From NCBI GenBank assembly GCA_016201795.1, contig JACQCF010000010.1, forward strand, positions 79,095 to 143,094: a stretch of DNA of 64,000 nt; not shown here. Reading direction: 5' to 3'. The text below holds more notes on this DNA, generated by a model. That model was given only the letters and a program-made list of their open reading frames with translations. It did not search any database and was not told the origin of the DNA. Positions within the stretch are counted from its first letter, which is position 1. The DNA is from Candidatus Omnitrophota bacterium. GTDB lineage: Bacteria > Omnitrophota > Gorgyraeia > Zapsychrales > Fredricksoniimonadaceae.

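Noticed and set aside
8874-63409. Many short ORFs in the track (e.g. 26461..27081, 31858..32604, 30952..31518)
   Set aside because: They are antisense or off-frame shadows of the giant ORF. Only 36903..37169 has independent support (a strong SD).

Overview
The window has three parts. (1) 1-5349 is the end of a Tad/Flp pilus locus: a 5'-truncated large Cys-rich protein, a TadE/Flp-like prepilin, tadB and tadC. (2) 5324-8335 is a small accessory stretch bounded by direct repeats: an AAA_14/DUF4143 ATPase, a wHTH-phosphoribosyltransferase protein, and an AbrB/RelE-type toxin-antitoxin pair. (3) A single giant + strand ORF starts at ATG 8851 (frame 1) and runs off the window end (at least 18,383 codons); the ORF track omits it, apparently because it has no stop in the window. 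Reading it by hand gives, in order: signal anchor, C39 cysteine peptidase, Gly/Ala-rich hydrophobic segments, TPRs, a SecA-like SF2 ATPase, a zincin-like motif, small cargo domains separated by a recurring D-x-[AS]-M motif (JAB-like, Tat-signal plus CheD-like, two methyltransferase folds), a second SecA-like ATPase, internal signal peptides with a nested out-of-frame gene, a beta-barrel-like segment, a CBM, an FKS/callose-synthase (GT48)-like domain, DUF89, YvcK/CofD, guanylate kinase, Nudix, HAD and GT4 domains. Palindromic repeats are inserted in frame in several genes. A Tad locus next to such a giant protein suggests a predatory or epibiotic Omnitrophota (inference). All domain calls are by-eye motif recognition, not database searches.
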